From: Batkoa obscura
Lineage: Eukaryota
Assembly: GCA_030770535.1 (NCBI GenBank)
Contig: JASVEC010000015.1
Span: 434,001 to 498,000, forward strand
Direction of reading: 5' to 3'
Length of the DNA: 64,000 bases
The position numbers and the translations under genes were made by a program. Position 1 is the stretch's first letter; every line of letters starts with the position of its first letter. Below, one piece after another: positions 14,915-28,063 of the stretch. A model generated the notes under the pieces. That model had not been told where the DNA came from and did no database searches. It saw only the letters and a list, made by a program, of their open reading frames with translations.

Positions 14915-15371
14915 ATGAAATATTTATTTATTACCATCCCTTTATTATATAACGTCGCTGTTAATTCATTATCAGTTGATACCGATACTATTGCTACTAA
15001 CAAGGCATTTCCTAATGTCAATAGTGAACCTAAACCATTATCTGTTGATATCATTGGTACTACTAGTGGTAAATCACTCCCTGTTACTAATGATAACCAA
15101 GCATCTCCCATTAACAGCAGTAACGAAGTAGCCTCAGGTATTGATAGCGACCAAAAATCTGTAGATAGTAAATGGTTTAATCCTTTTAGTAGTTATAGTG
15201 ATTATAGTGGATATGGAGGTTACGGGGGGTTATAGTGGTTATCCTACTTATGGTGGTTATTATCCATATCCATATCCTTATCCTTATCCCTACCAAAAAA
15301 ATCCAAGTGTATTGGGCTCCCTTATTGGTCCTGGTGGTGTAGTCCAATCCATTCTAGGTACAGGAAAATAA
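14915..15371 (+). CDS. Secreted Gly/Tyr-rich small protein, paralog 1; frameshifted in a G6 run (15224-15229) as assembled
   Basis: Signal-peptide-like N-terminus and S/T/N-rich spacer, then VDSK|WFNPF and GY repeats. Removing one G continues the frame to YPYPYPYQKNPSVLGSLIGPGGVVQSILGTGK*, matching the paralog. Confidence 0.8.
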
Positions 15372-16096
15372 TAAACATTGTTTATTTATAAATTATATTT
15401 TAATTATAAATTTAAAATTACTACTCTTATTCCTGTTATTATATTATATATGTAAGACGTTTGATCTTATTATTGGAAGTTTCTTATGACATATTTTTAT
15501 ATCCGTGAGTTGTAAAAGTTCAAATGATATTGTATAAATCAACTGGCTTTGTCTGTTTAATTTTCTACAGTTGGATTTTATTCAAATATGTAGCATGAAA
15601 ATCAAGCTGTGAAATTTGAAAATTTTGAATAAGCTCTCAAATTCAATTGAGTATCTTTGAAAAAAACAAATGATTATTCAAAAAAGAAATTTGTCTAAAC
15701 TTAAAATTTCTTATATAATGGTAAGTCTAATACTTGCCAAAATGGAAAATTGTTTCTTAAGTAATAAATACATATGTGAGCTACTAATGTATTTTAATAG
15801 CAATAACTTCGTTCTAGACTCGAAATGAATTTTAAACAAAATTCTTATAAAAGCCTATTTTTATGACAAGGAAGACGCCTCAGTGCTCTTAGAATTCATA
15901 TATATCTATATCTTTGTATAGAAACCAATATTTTATAACATTGCATTTTATTATTAGAATAATAATGTAACACTTATTTATACATGTCTCCAAAGGACGT
16001 TTCATTTTAATTAAATAGAATAATATTAAAAGATAGCAATAGCTAATGATTGAAAGTATATAAATATGAAAAAATACAATATAATCAACAGAAAAA

Positions 16097-16480
16097 ATGA
16101 AATGTTTATTTATTGCTACTTTTTTATTATCCATCATCACTGTTAACTCATTACCAGTTAATACTAATACTACTGATAGTAGTCAATTAGTTACTATTAA
16201 CAATGAGTTCTTTACTGCTAATACCAATGAGCCAACTGCTGCTACCAATACTGAATCAAGCTCAGTAGAAGCTAAAGCTTTTGGTCCTTACAATCCTTAT
16301 GGAGATTATCTTTACGGTGGAGGTTATGGAGGTTATCCTAATTATAATTATGGTTATTATCAACAACCTTATCCAACTCAATATCAATATCAATATCAAT
16401 ATCAAAGAAACCCAAGTATTTTAGGCGCTATATTTGGTTCTAATGGATTAGTCAATTCTATTCTAGGAACTGGCAAATAA
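16097..16480 (+). CDS. Secreted Gly/Tyr-rich small protein, paralog 2 (127 aa, intronless)
   Basis: Signal peptide MKCLFIATFLLSIITVNS-LP, T/N-rich spacer, VEAK|AFGPY, GY/QY repeats and tail RNPSILGAIFGSNGLVNSILGTGK. TATA-like TATATAAA about 40 bp upstream. Confidence 0.88.
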   Translation: MKCLFIATFLLSIITVNSLPVNTNTTDSSQLVTINNEFFTANTNEPTAATNTESSSVEAKAFGPYNPYGDYLYGGGYGGYPNYNYGYYQQPYPTQYQYQYQYQRNPSILGAIFGSNGLVNSILGTGK

Positions 16481-16601
16481 TAAAATGGATATATTTGTTT
16501 ATTCATTATTATGTTGACTTTTTTAGTTTCAATTTTCATACTTGACTGTTTATATTTTAAAGTACATTATCTACTACTATTTGAAATATTTTTAGTTATA
16601 T

Positions 16602-16700
16602 GGGGATGTATTTTTGTGTTTAAGAATTTTACTAACAAATTTTCCGCTTACATAGCGCTTAAAAAATGGAAAAAATAATGAAGTCAAAAAAAACACTCCC
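16602..16700 (-). mobile_element. MITE family A copy
   Basis: GGGGATGT...ACACTCCC with ATAT flanks. Confidence 0.9.
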
Positions 16701-16719
16701 ATATGTTAACTAATATATT

Positions 16720-16763
16720 ATCTCATAACTACTATTATATCATCTCATAACTACTATTATATC
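16720..16763 (+). repeat. 22-bp perfect tandem duplication
   Basis: ATCTCATAACTACTATTATATC x2. Confidence 0.9.
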
Positions 16764-17059
16764 TTATCCTGTCTGTCCGTACAGTTTTACTTCCTTTTAT
16801 ATAGCCAAGTCTAATCTAATATAAATAACACTGTTATTAATTATAATAATCTGTTTTTTATGAGTAAAAATATAGCTGTTAAATTAAATCTCAGTGAAAT
16901 AGCCTATAAATTTAATTAAATAGAACATAATTATAACAATATAAAATAGATAGTTGTAAAATCATATCAACCAACAATCATGAGGAGCTGAACTTATAAT
17001 TTTAAAAATTAGATAAAGCTTTCATTCATGGATGGTTTATCTTAATTTAATTATTATAT

Positions 17060-17158
17060 GGGAGTGTTTTTTTTAACTTCATTACTTTTTCCATTTTTTA
17101 AGCACTATTTAAGCGGAAAATTTGCTAGTAAAATTCTTAAACACAAAAATACATCCCC
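17060..17158 (+). mobile_element. MITE family A copy
   Basis: GGGAGTGT...ACATCCCC with ATAT flanks. Confidence 0.9.
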
Positions 17159-17325
17159 ATATACTTAACTTTTATAATTACATTAGTTATAAAGTTAATA
17201 TTTGAAATAACATCTTTACTATTTGATATAAGATAAATGTTTCATTAAACAAAATAGCTCTTTAGTTATAAATATATATATTAGTATATATATTTAAATT
17301 ATGTTTTTATTATAATATTAAATAG

Positions 17326-17789
17326 TGTGAAATCTAGTACTCAGGGTTTGGAGTCAAAAACAGCTATTGCTGGGTTGACTACACTATAGGTCGAAAGGTC
17401 TTAGTTTATGTGACTAAGATAGACTTGGATTATGAGGAATAGCACGTAATAGGTTACAAGCTATATAAGACAAATAGAATAGACAATACTAATGTAAAAT
17501 CTATGTAAAATACTATTAAGAAAACTTAGTGGCTTTATTAAATGTTCGAGATATCAGGGAATAATTCAGTTAAAAAGCCTCGAACTACTATACTCTGTAA
17601 ACTCTTTTATACTCTGGAAAGTATCAATATCAAAATGAGAGGATATTATTCTTTTGGATGGAGCTAGAAATTCTCATAACAAATCAAAATAAGGATATGG
17701 GATTGATTTTCTCTGAACTCGAGAACATAACAGCTTAGGCGATTGTTATGTTATAATTAACCATGGGACTGACAAAGCGATATTTCACA
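17326..17789 (+). mobile_element. ~460-bp TG...CA element (solo LTR or non-autonomous Ginger-like element), copy 1
   Basis: Termini TGTGAAAT...ATTTCACA with a 4-bp direct repeat ATAG on both sides; full-length homolog in reverse orientation at 59221-59678. Confidence 0.85.
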
Positions 17790-17901
17790 ATAGAAAATTA
17801 AAAAGATATCATAGCCCTTTCACATACTACAATTGGTTTATTAGTTTTATTAATTCAAACATTTTAATTAAAAACAAATAAGCCCCATTAAATATTTATA
17901 T

Positions 17902-18000
17902 GGGGGTGTTTTTTTTGGTTTCATTACTTTTTCTATCTTTTAAGCATCATTTGAGTAAAAAAATTATTAGCAAAATTCTTAAATACAAAAATACGTCCCC
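17902..18000 (+). mobile_element. MITE family A copy
   Basis: GGGGGTGT...ACGTCCCC with ATAT flanks. Confidence 0.9.
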
Positions 18001-18448
18001 ATATTTTTGACTTTTATAATAGCTTGTAGCATTAAAATCCCTATACAAGATATTGGGTATTGAATTTAAATAATAAAAATATTTATATTATGATTATTTT
18101 CTATATTATTTATAATATCACAAACAACTAAATATATAAATTATTCCGATGTATTTATATCATTATTTTATAATTTTAAAATCCCTACAGATGTTACTTT
18201 TATAGATTCCATTATTTTTTAAAAAGGTTCAAAAATCAAGATTAGCATTTTAATTACTATGCTAATTTCTTAATACTATGGCATTTCACAATTTAAGTAT
18301 TTTTCAATGTGACAATTAGTATAGTGTTATATTAGCATTTTATGACAAAATTATAATTGAAAAAGGCCTAGTTTAGATATATATCCCCAAAGAGAAGCTC
18401 CACTTTTATCCAATTTCAGTATTTAAAAAGTTTAGAAAATAAACAAGT

Positions 18449-18547
18449 AAGGATGTATTTTTGTGTTTAAGAATTTTATTAAGAATTTTTCCATTCAAAT
18501 ACTGCTTAGAAAATGGAAAAAGTGACAAGGCCAAAAAAAACATTCCC
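18449..18547 (-). mobile_element. MITE family A copy (diverged)
   Basis: AAGGATGTATTTTTGTGTTTAAGAATTTT...ATGGAAAAAGTGAC...AAAACATTCCC. Confidence 0.8.
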
Positions 18548-19248
18548 AAATGGTGATAATGAAATGCTTTTACTACATTTGGAAATTGGTTATAGCTGTT
18601 ACAGCTCTTGCAACTTTTATAGCATAATTTTTAGTCATATTATTTGTATAACTCTAATTTTTCTAAAAATCTTATTGTTATATTTTAGTAATTAAACAAT
18701 TTTCTCTTAAATGAGGACTAAGTTAAGTTGTAAAAGAACTGCAATAACTATATTCAAATTTTTTGGGTAATTTCGATAAGTTTTTAAATCCGTCAATATT
18801 ACTAATAAAACTCAGGCTTTTAGAAATCTATTTAAAAAGGTCTACCTTTAATATACCATCTCATTCTAATTCATTCAAAAAAACATAACTAAAACAAAAG
18901 GCTTTAAATTCATTAAAAAACTGTTGAAACCATATATTGAAATAAACAGTAAAATGATATTTGAGTAACAACTTAATCATAATGTAAAACAAAGAACATT
19001 TAATAAGTAATAAACTTAATCATGTCCATTATGTAAGAGACTACAAGTTATTGGCTACTACGTTATTACGTAAAAAAGCTTAAAGCGGCAGATTTTTGTT
19101 ACTAAAGCCTAAAGAATTAAGGGTAGATGATCTCATTCTGTCTTACTTTTTTATTTTAAAAGTAGTATAAAAAATCAAAATATGAACTTTGATGAATTTT
19201 ATTTTAATATTATAAATTGGAATATAACGAAATTGGAAATAATCAACA

Positions 19249-20777
<1,529 letters not shown>

Positions 20778-20788
20778 TATGTTAAGCT

Positions 20789-21765
20789 TTATAAGATTAT
20801 TATTGTATCTTTTGTTATTTTGTTGCATATTTTACATTCTTTGTAACTTATTTCATTTTTATAAGTACAATTACTACATACCCAATAAGAGTTAAATAAA
20901 TTATTACTGTTACTATTATTAAGTTCATTTTCTTCATCTGATATAAGATCTATTACATTATTTTCATTGTTATTACTATGGTTTTCAATAACTATTGATT
21001 CACTATCTTCGCTGCATGGGTTTGAAAAAGGCTTAAAACGTTGAAAAAAAATTCTCAAATCATGGCTGACTAAAGTATACTTTTTACCAACAATTAAACT
21101 AGCTTTACTATCAGTAATTTCACTCAACCTATTTCCCTTTCCATAAAAATATTTCTTGGTAGTTATAGTACCACCTAATTTATATCCAGTCTCTTTAAGG
21201 TTTGATCTGTTTAGCTCGTTTATAATTTTAACTACTTCATACTTTAATTCCATTAATAACTCATAAAACTTCTGATCGTGTGGTCCATGGACTATTTTAG
21301 AATGAGTATATATAATATAGCATAATATAATGAAATTTACTTATATGAACTAACCTAAAATAGGAATTAATATAGGACTACTTTAAATTATAAATTTATT
21401 TACTCATGCAATAAAGTGCCTAGCAGATCCCAATAATTGATAAATACTTTAAAATCATTGATTTCTCTCAATCGAATATAAATAACCTCTGTTTTATTAA
21501 CATTCATTCCTATTTTTTATTTACTAATTCATCTATGTTATTAAATCTATCTACCTAACAACAGCTTTTTCGGGTAAAACTCTTTTAATTTACCTACATT
21601 CCAATCTCTTTTTTTCATTATAGGTTCTACCTAAAACTATAAACATTCTATCACTTTATATGTATTAAATTATTTTACATGTTTAGCCAATTTAATTAAT
21701 ATTTCATTTGCTTTATCTTCATCTTGTCTATTTTTTAAAGCTTCTATAACATTAAAGTTAGTCAT
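20789..21765 (-). CDS. WSS1: Wss1-type WLM metalloprotease (DNA-protein crosslink repair) with RanBP2-type zinc finger, 5 exons
   Basis: VEPIMKKRDWNVGKLKEFYP, LLGMNVN, IRLR and TLLHELVHIIHGPHDQKFY (HExxH split over a 14-nt microexon); C-terminal WVCSNCTYKN...CKIC. Confidence 0.92.
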
Positions 21766-21876
21766 AACAAAAGAAAGAAAGCTTGTTTTTACTAGATTTA
21801 AACCAAAATAAATCAAAAATACTTGAATTAAAAATACTTTATTTAATAAAAAGTTAGTCTATAAAAAAGTCTACAG

Positions 21877-22508
21877 TTATTTCTCTTTGTTAAACGTATT
21901 AGCTAAATGCATTTGTACTGTTTTCAAAGGATCATTAACAAAAGCGTTGTGGTTTAGGACTAAATTAAACCTTTCCATTTCCATTTTTCTATTCGATTTA
22001 GTTTAAGATTTAAATTAATGTAAATTCAATTATTGAAATTACCTAGCCTTATTCAACTTTTTATTGTTGTCCATTCTATTTTCATTGAAGTATTCATTGT
22101 TTTTACTTTCTTTATTACCATCGCTTGCTTGCTTAATTTCCTTAATAGTTTTTCTCAATGAACCAAAGTCATTTAAAACTCCGCTTTTGTTCAAATTTTT
22201 CTTTTCAAATTCTAACTATTAATCATAACCTTGTAATAAAAACAACAAACTTACTCTTTTTGAACTCTTCATGTTTGAGTTTTCTTTTCATTTTTTTACT
22301 AATCAGCTGTTTAACCTCATGAGTTTCTACTTCATTTTCTTCTACTTCATTTTTCTATTCGTAATTAGTATTTTCAAATTTTAGTTATTTGATTGTTTAC
22401 TTCATCTAAGTTCACTTTAATCGCATTCTTAGCTACAAATGGACCTTTACTATTAATATCCACCTTCTTTTTGGTTTTAACTTGGACTCTACGACGTGCT
22501 TTACCCAT
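21877..22508 (-). CDS. SLX9: Ribosome biogenesis protein Slx9/FAM207-like, 4 exons
   Basis: Basic N-terminus MGKARRR, ISKKMKRKLKHEEFKKK and C-terminal EMERFNLVLNHNAFVNDPLKTVQMHLANTF; three GT-AG introns keep the frame. Confidence 0.8.
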
Positions 22509-22965
22509 TTAGTAAAATAATTTAATTGAAATAAAGTAAACTAAAAATGGAAAAGTTAAATAATAAACCAAGAATTGCCCAAAGAATTACTGAAATTTAA
22601 ATTTGCTTTTCAAATGTGTGCTACTTGAAAATAATTTTTAGTCAGCCATTTTTTTAAAAAAATATTGAATAAAACGATAACCTGCTAGTATAAATGATAT
22701 GAATCAGGTTAAAATAAATCTTTGCTTTAAATCAAATGTTATTATAAAGCTCTATACATAAAAGAGTAATTACTTAACAAACCTCATTTATCATATAGTA
22801 ACACATAAACGTAAGTGAAATTCAAAATTGAGGCTAGCAATTGGTTATAATCAAAACAAGGATTTATAATAACCAATAGTTTTAGAGTTGGTAGGTCTAA
22901 AGTGCTAAAATTGAAATTGAAATTCCATTTAAATTTGGAGAAAGCAAAAGTTATTTTTAATTTAA

Positions 22966-24333
22966 ATGAGCGGATTAAAGAAAAAACGTAATTTTAAGGA
23001 ATTAGCCTTGCCAAATGCACCTAAAAAAAGTATCGAAGCTGAGCCACCCTTACCAGATCTTGAATTAGGAGTTGAATTAAGACTTGATTTACGTATTGAA
23101 GATGTGGAAGTTTTAGAAGAACTTGGTGCTGGTAATGGTGGCACCGTTTCAAGAGCGCTTCATTTACCTACCAAAAAAATAATGGCAAAAAAAGTAAGTA
23201 AAGAGTCTAATTATCAATTTTGGTTTTTAGTTTAAATTACACTGTTTATATTATATAGATAAGAGTAATTAATCATTTTTAAAGCTTATTAGGGTTGAAG
23301 CTTCACCAGAAGTAAGAAAGCAAATTTTGAGAGAGTTACAGATCTTACATGACTGCAACCATGATAATATTATTTCATTTTATGGTGCTTTTAACCAAAA
23401 AGGAAATATTGCTCTATGTCTAGAATTTATGGATTTAGGGTAGGTTTTAATTATCTTTTATAATAGCATCGTTTCATTATTCCTTTTATTTAGGTCTTTT
23501 GATAATATTTACAAAAAATTTGGACCTATACCTACTGATGTGGTCGGTAAAGTAGCAATAGCGGTAAATTTAATTTAAGGATGAAAATATAATAGGTTTA
23601 TCTGTTATTATTTTTAGGTGCTAAATGGATTAATCTATCTTTACGATTCACATAGAATCATTCATCGTGGTATTTAATTTTAATTAAGAATTCTTACAAA
23701 GTATATTTAATTTTTATAACTCAAGATGTTAAACCTTCCAATATCTTACTCAATTCTCAAGGTTTAATTAAGATTTGTGATTTCGGAGTATCTGGAGAAG
23801 TTATCAATTCGGTAGCAAACACATTTGTTGGTACAAGTGCGTATATGTCGGTAAATTAATTTATAATTTAAATTTAAATAATATTAAAATAAATAATAGC
23901 CAGAACGTATTAAGGGATCAAGTTATACTGTGAAATCAGATGTATGGAGTTTAGGTATAACTTTACTTGAACTTGCTCAAGGGAAATTTCCATTCCCACC
24001 AGATGGTTCACCATTATCCGTGTTTGAATTACTAGAGTTTATCATAAATGAACCAGCTCCTATTCCACCAAAAGGTAGCTTTCCAGATGCCTTTATTAAA
24101 TTTATTGAAGAAACGTAAGTATACATATATGTATATTATTAACAGTCATAATATTTTTTTATTTAGTTTAATTAAAGATATTGAAAATAGACCAAATCCT
24201 AAAGTTTTATTAGTAAGTTTTGATTTATAATTTAAAAAAATTAAGTTGATTGTTTTAGTGTGATGATTACGTTGTTCAAGCAAGCAAGACTCAAGTAGAC
24301 ATGGAAAAATGGGCTAGTAGTTTAGTTAAATAA
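22966..24333 (+). CDS. STE7: MAP kinase kinase, Ste7/Byr1/Fuz7 type, multi-exon
   Basis: D-site [48 protein letters not shown] and [28 protein letters not shown]. Confidence 0.93.
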
Positions 24334-24475
24334 GATTGATTTTTGTAATATTTTGCACAATACAATAACTATTTTTTTATAACTTTTAGCTTTATTTTTC
24401 AATTTTGTTTTTTAATTTTATTTATGTAATGCCATTGTAAAATACATATAAATATTAAACGTAAAAGAAATCGTT

Positions 24476-26233
24476 TTATTTTAAATAAGATTCAATAAAT
24501 GGCTTAGAAACTAAAAATATATCTTTCATAATAACCCATTGATTTGATCTTTCATTGAATAAATTATAATAAAATAAGAGATATTCTTTAGTAGTTTTCC
24601 TTAATAAACCTTCTTTTAAATCAATTTTATCTAAAGCCAATACAAATATGAAACTAAATTGTAAAAATGCATACCAGTGCATTGGAAGCGAAGAATCAAT
24701 TATTTTAGCATTTGATTTCAAAAGATGGGTACCAAGAACAGAAGCATAAAATACTTTTTCGAATGGATTGAATGCTTCGAAGTAAGTATTGATTAATATA
24801 CTTTCTTCAAATATTTCGTTAGTGAAACTGAGTGTATCGCTATGAGTTATAAAAGGTCGATTTAAATCTACAATAACCGAAAGAAAGAATAGCATTAATA
24901 CTCCATTCCCATCCGTTTTTATCTCATACACACTAAATTTCTCTTTATTCTTAAAACTATATATAAATTGTTGATACCATTTCACTATTAAATTTTCTAT
25001 CTCTTTATATTTATTATAGCTCCTAAGAGATTTCAACGGATTATTCGATTTATCATTTAATATACATGATAATGAAAACTTATTAATAATTGGTGGCGTA
25101 AATGGTTCAATATGCAATCTAATATTATCCATAATACTCATTAAACAGCTTCCAGCATCTAAAAAGTTCTCAAATGGTAATATTTCTTTTTGAATTTTAA
25201 ATAAGTCATAATAAAAAGGTGGATAGTATGCTCTACCAAAACAATATCCAAGTACAACTTCTGCCATTGTTGATATTTGGTATGTCTTTTCTAATGCTTG
25301 ATTTTTACTTTTTTTTAAACCATTTGGTACATGAAGTCCACGTTGTATAAACGCTCGATGAGCAATACCTAATATTTGCCAACAATAAGTAAGAGTTGAG
25401 TCGGATGTCGTTAAGCTGGTATGATATGAAGCAATTGTACATGCTTGTAGAACTAATGAGTCTGGCTTTGTATAACATTGCCGTATATAAAATAAAAAAG
25501 TCTCAGAAAGCTTATTTGAAACCATTTTTGCTAATTCTCTATCCGGATAAAATGCTACCCCAGTTAAACAAACCGCTGTTAGTAAAGCTAAAAAAGAAGG
25601 TTGCTGATCGTTTTTTTTTAATAATTTAAAAAATCGATTTTTATTAGTTGCTGGGAATAAACGGTTTACTCTTGCAAAATAGATGACTATTAACTGAAAT
25701 ATTAATCTTGAATCTAACCTTATTTCAAATTTACTTTTGAATTTTAATAAAGGTATTGATAATTGAAGTGTATCCAATATTGCTTTTCTTTTTTTAAGTA
25801 ACATATATGAATTAGATATAAAATAAAACGTCGCCATACTATTGCCTAAATAAATTTGTTCACCAATAGAATTAATAAAGCATTTAGTCCAAATTCCTTT
25901 ATTTACAAAAGATAATTTAATTGCATTACAATTATTATCTTTAATTGGGCTACTTTTGCTGTTATCTTTAGTTGTGTATACCTTTATTCGTTTATTTGAA
26001 TTTAGTTTGTTATTCGTGATAATTGAATCCTTCTCTGGATCTTTTTTTTTTTTCCATCGTTCATATGTACAACTCAATCCAGACTTAATACAATTGTTAC
26101 AGTTCTCAGCTTCTTTAACACATTTAACTTTACGAAAATTACATCGATCACATACCTTTGGCCTTGGACCTCTTGGATTTGTTACTTTATTTTTAAATGA
26201 AGCAGAATCTATTACAAATAAATATTTATCCAT
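24476..26233 (-). CDS. Zn(II)2Cys6 transcription factor with fungal-specific middle homology region, intronless
   Basis: CDRCNFRKVKC-x6-CNNCIKSGLSC, then YFARVNRLFP, LQACTIAS and CWQILGIAHRAFIQRGLH. First ATG is at 26233. Confidence 0.93.
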   Translation of the reverse strand: MDKYLFVIDSASFKNKVTNPRGPRPKVCDRCNFRKVKCVKEAENCNNCIKSGLSCTYERWKKKKDPEKDSIITNNKLNSNKRIKVYTTKDNSKSSPIKDNNCNAIKLSFVNKGIWTKCFINSIGEQIYLGNSMATFYFISNSYMLLKKRKAILDTLQLSIPLLKFKSKFEIRLDSRLIFQLIVIYFARVNRLFPATNKNRFFKLLKKNDQQPSFLALLTAVCLTGVAFYPDRELAKMVSNKLSETFLFYIRQCYTKPDSLVLQACTIASYHTSLTTSDSTLTYCWQILGIAHRAFIQRGLHVPNGLKKSKNQALEKTYQISTMAEVVLGYCFGRAYYPPFYYDLFKIQKEILPFENFLDAGSCLMSIMDNIRLHIEPFTPPIINKFSLSCILNDKSNNPLKSLRSYNKYKEIENLIVKWYQQFIYSFKNKEKFSVYEIKTDGNGVLMLFFLSVIVDLNRPFITHSDTLSFTNEIFEESILINTYFEAFNPFEKVFYASVLGTHLLKSNAKIIDSSLPMHWYAFLQFSFIFVLALDKIDLKEGLLRKTTKEYLLFYYNLFNERSNQWVIMKDIFLVSKPFIESYLK

Positions 26234-26676
26234 TTCAAGTAACAAATTCAATGAATTTTATACAGTTCTTTTATTTAAAAAAAACTCCTTTATAAATATT
26301 GCTCTCAATTTTTTTGGTTCTAATGAAACATTAATTATAAACCAGCTTAGATTGGCTTAAAAGTTGCTTAGTACTTTCAGGGATTTTTTTCCAAGTTCTC
26401 CTGAACTTATGCGAATTAGAAGATTTCTTCTTTTATTAAGCTTTTTAATAGGGTTTATAATGGTCATTAAAGTTAAATAAATATAATTAATGTCAAATGT
26501 TAAAACTATATCTTGTTGTCTTTATGCCCTTCAATCAACTGTTTATTAAGGTGCGCATATTGATTTTTATTAGAAAGCATTACCTTAACATTATGAATTT
26601 AATTTTTTATTAATATCAATAATATCTACTTTCTAAAATTGATGGAGGATACTGACTTTTTAAACCAATATAATTT

Positions 26677-26774
26677 GGGGATGTATTTCTGTATTTAAGA
26701 ATTTTACTAACAATTTTTCCACCCAAATAGCGCTTAAAAGATGGAAAAATTAATGAAGCCAAAAAAACACCCCC
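26677..26774 (-). mobile_element. MITE family A copy
   Basis: GGGGATGT...ACACCCCC flanked by direct repeat ATTT/ATTT. Confidence 0.9.
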
Positions 26775-27438
26775 ATTTCGTATTCCATTTTTAGATGGCT
26801 TTTTATTATAAATTCAGCACCTTTACAATGAAGTTACTTTCAAGTTGATGACCTTACTCAACACTTTATTAAAAGAGCCTAAGTATCAGTCTTTATAATT
26901 CCTCAACAAAAGAATTATAATATTAGTACAGAAAGAAATATAACTAACGATTTTTGATGTAAAATTTCAGTAGAAAACTTAAAATAAAATAAAACCGGTT
27001 GTTTCTATTCTTATTCTTTTTTATTATTTGTTCAATGTTTCGATAAAGTGTATTTAATTATATTAATTTTTAATGATGTCGTTTTAATTATGTTAAGATT
27101 ATGACTACTATTTGAATCATTTAACAAACTATTTGCTTACTCCTTCAATTTGAGACGATTTATTAATTAAGATGGTATATTATTTCATACTATCTGTACT
27201 TTAACTTTAAAAGCATCAAGTGACCAAATTATCAATGTAAAAAAGACCCTTGATTAGAATTATTGAATTTAACTGCATAAGGCTAAATTAACAATGTAAT
27301 TATTGTATTTAAAATCACCCATATCAATTTATCATTAAAACAACTTATAAAGCTCATATATTCAAAAAGTTAGTAACTTCAAAATACTAAGCTGTTCGAA
27401 ATATTGAGATATGCTAAAAAGACTATACAGTATTATTT

Positions 27439-27536
27439 GGAGGTGTTTTTTTTACTTCATTACTTTTTGTATCTTTTAAGTGGTATTTGAGTGGAAAAAT
27501 TATTAGTAAAGTTTTCAAACACAAAAATACATCCCC
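27439..27536 (+). mobile_element. MITE family A copy
   Basis: GGAGGTGT...ACATCCCC flanked by ATTT/ATTT. Confidence 0.9.
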
Positions 27537-27795
27537 ATTTGGTTAAAATAGAACTTAATTATACAAATGTTTTAGTATTGAAAATTCAACTTAAAAAATT
27601 AGGGAGTTAATTATAAAAGGTATATACTATTTTTGGTGTCTAGTCTACTTAATGAAATACGTGAACATCTTTTTCGTTTCAATATTTAATAGCTAAAAAA
27701 CTTAATGACTATAATAAATCAAAATGTAATAAATAGATGAAATCAGAAAACCATCCTTATATACAAGCTACATCGTTTTATGATTGACTAAATTA

Positions 27796-27892
27796 GGAGA
27801 TGTATTTTTGTATTCAAGAATTTTACTAACAATTTTCCACTCAAATAGCACTTAAAAGATGGAAAAAATGATGAGGCAAAAAAAACACTCCA
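27796..27892 (-). mobile_element. MITE family A copy
   Basis: GGAGATGT...ACACTCCA flanked by ATTA/ATTA. Confidence 0.88.
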
Positions 27893-27967
27893 ATTAATTG
27901 GTGTCGTTTCTTTCAAGTTGATATACTACAACCATTGATAAAGAAACTAAATTTAATAGTAGCAACT

Positions 27968-28063
27968 GGGGATGTATTTTTTTGTTTAAAAATTTTGCTA
28001 ACAATCTTTCTGCTCAAATAGCGCTTAAAAGATACAAAAAGTAATAAAATAAAATAAAACATT
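27968..28063 (-). mobile_element. MITE family A copy, one terminus eroded
   Basis: GGGGATGTATTTTTTTGTTTAAAAATTTTGCTAACAATC...AATAGCGCTTAAAAG. Confidence 0.8.

Noticed and set aside
17365..17430. Hammerhead-like fold (GAC..GTC-GAAA followed by a TCTTAGT..ACTAAGA stem)
   Set aside because: The required CTGANGA core is absent (CTGGGTTGA) and stem III does not close correctly.
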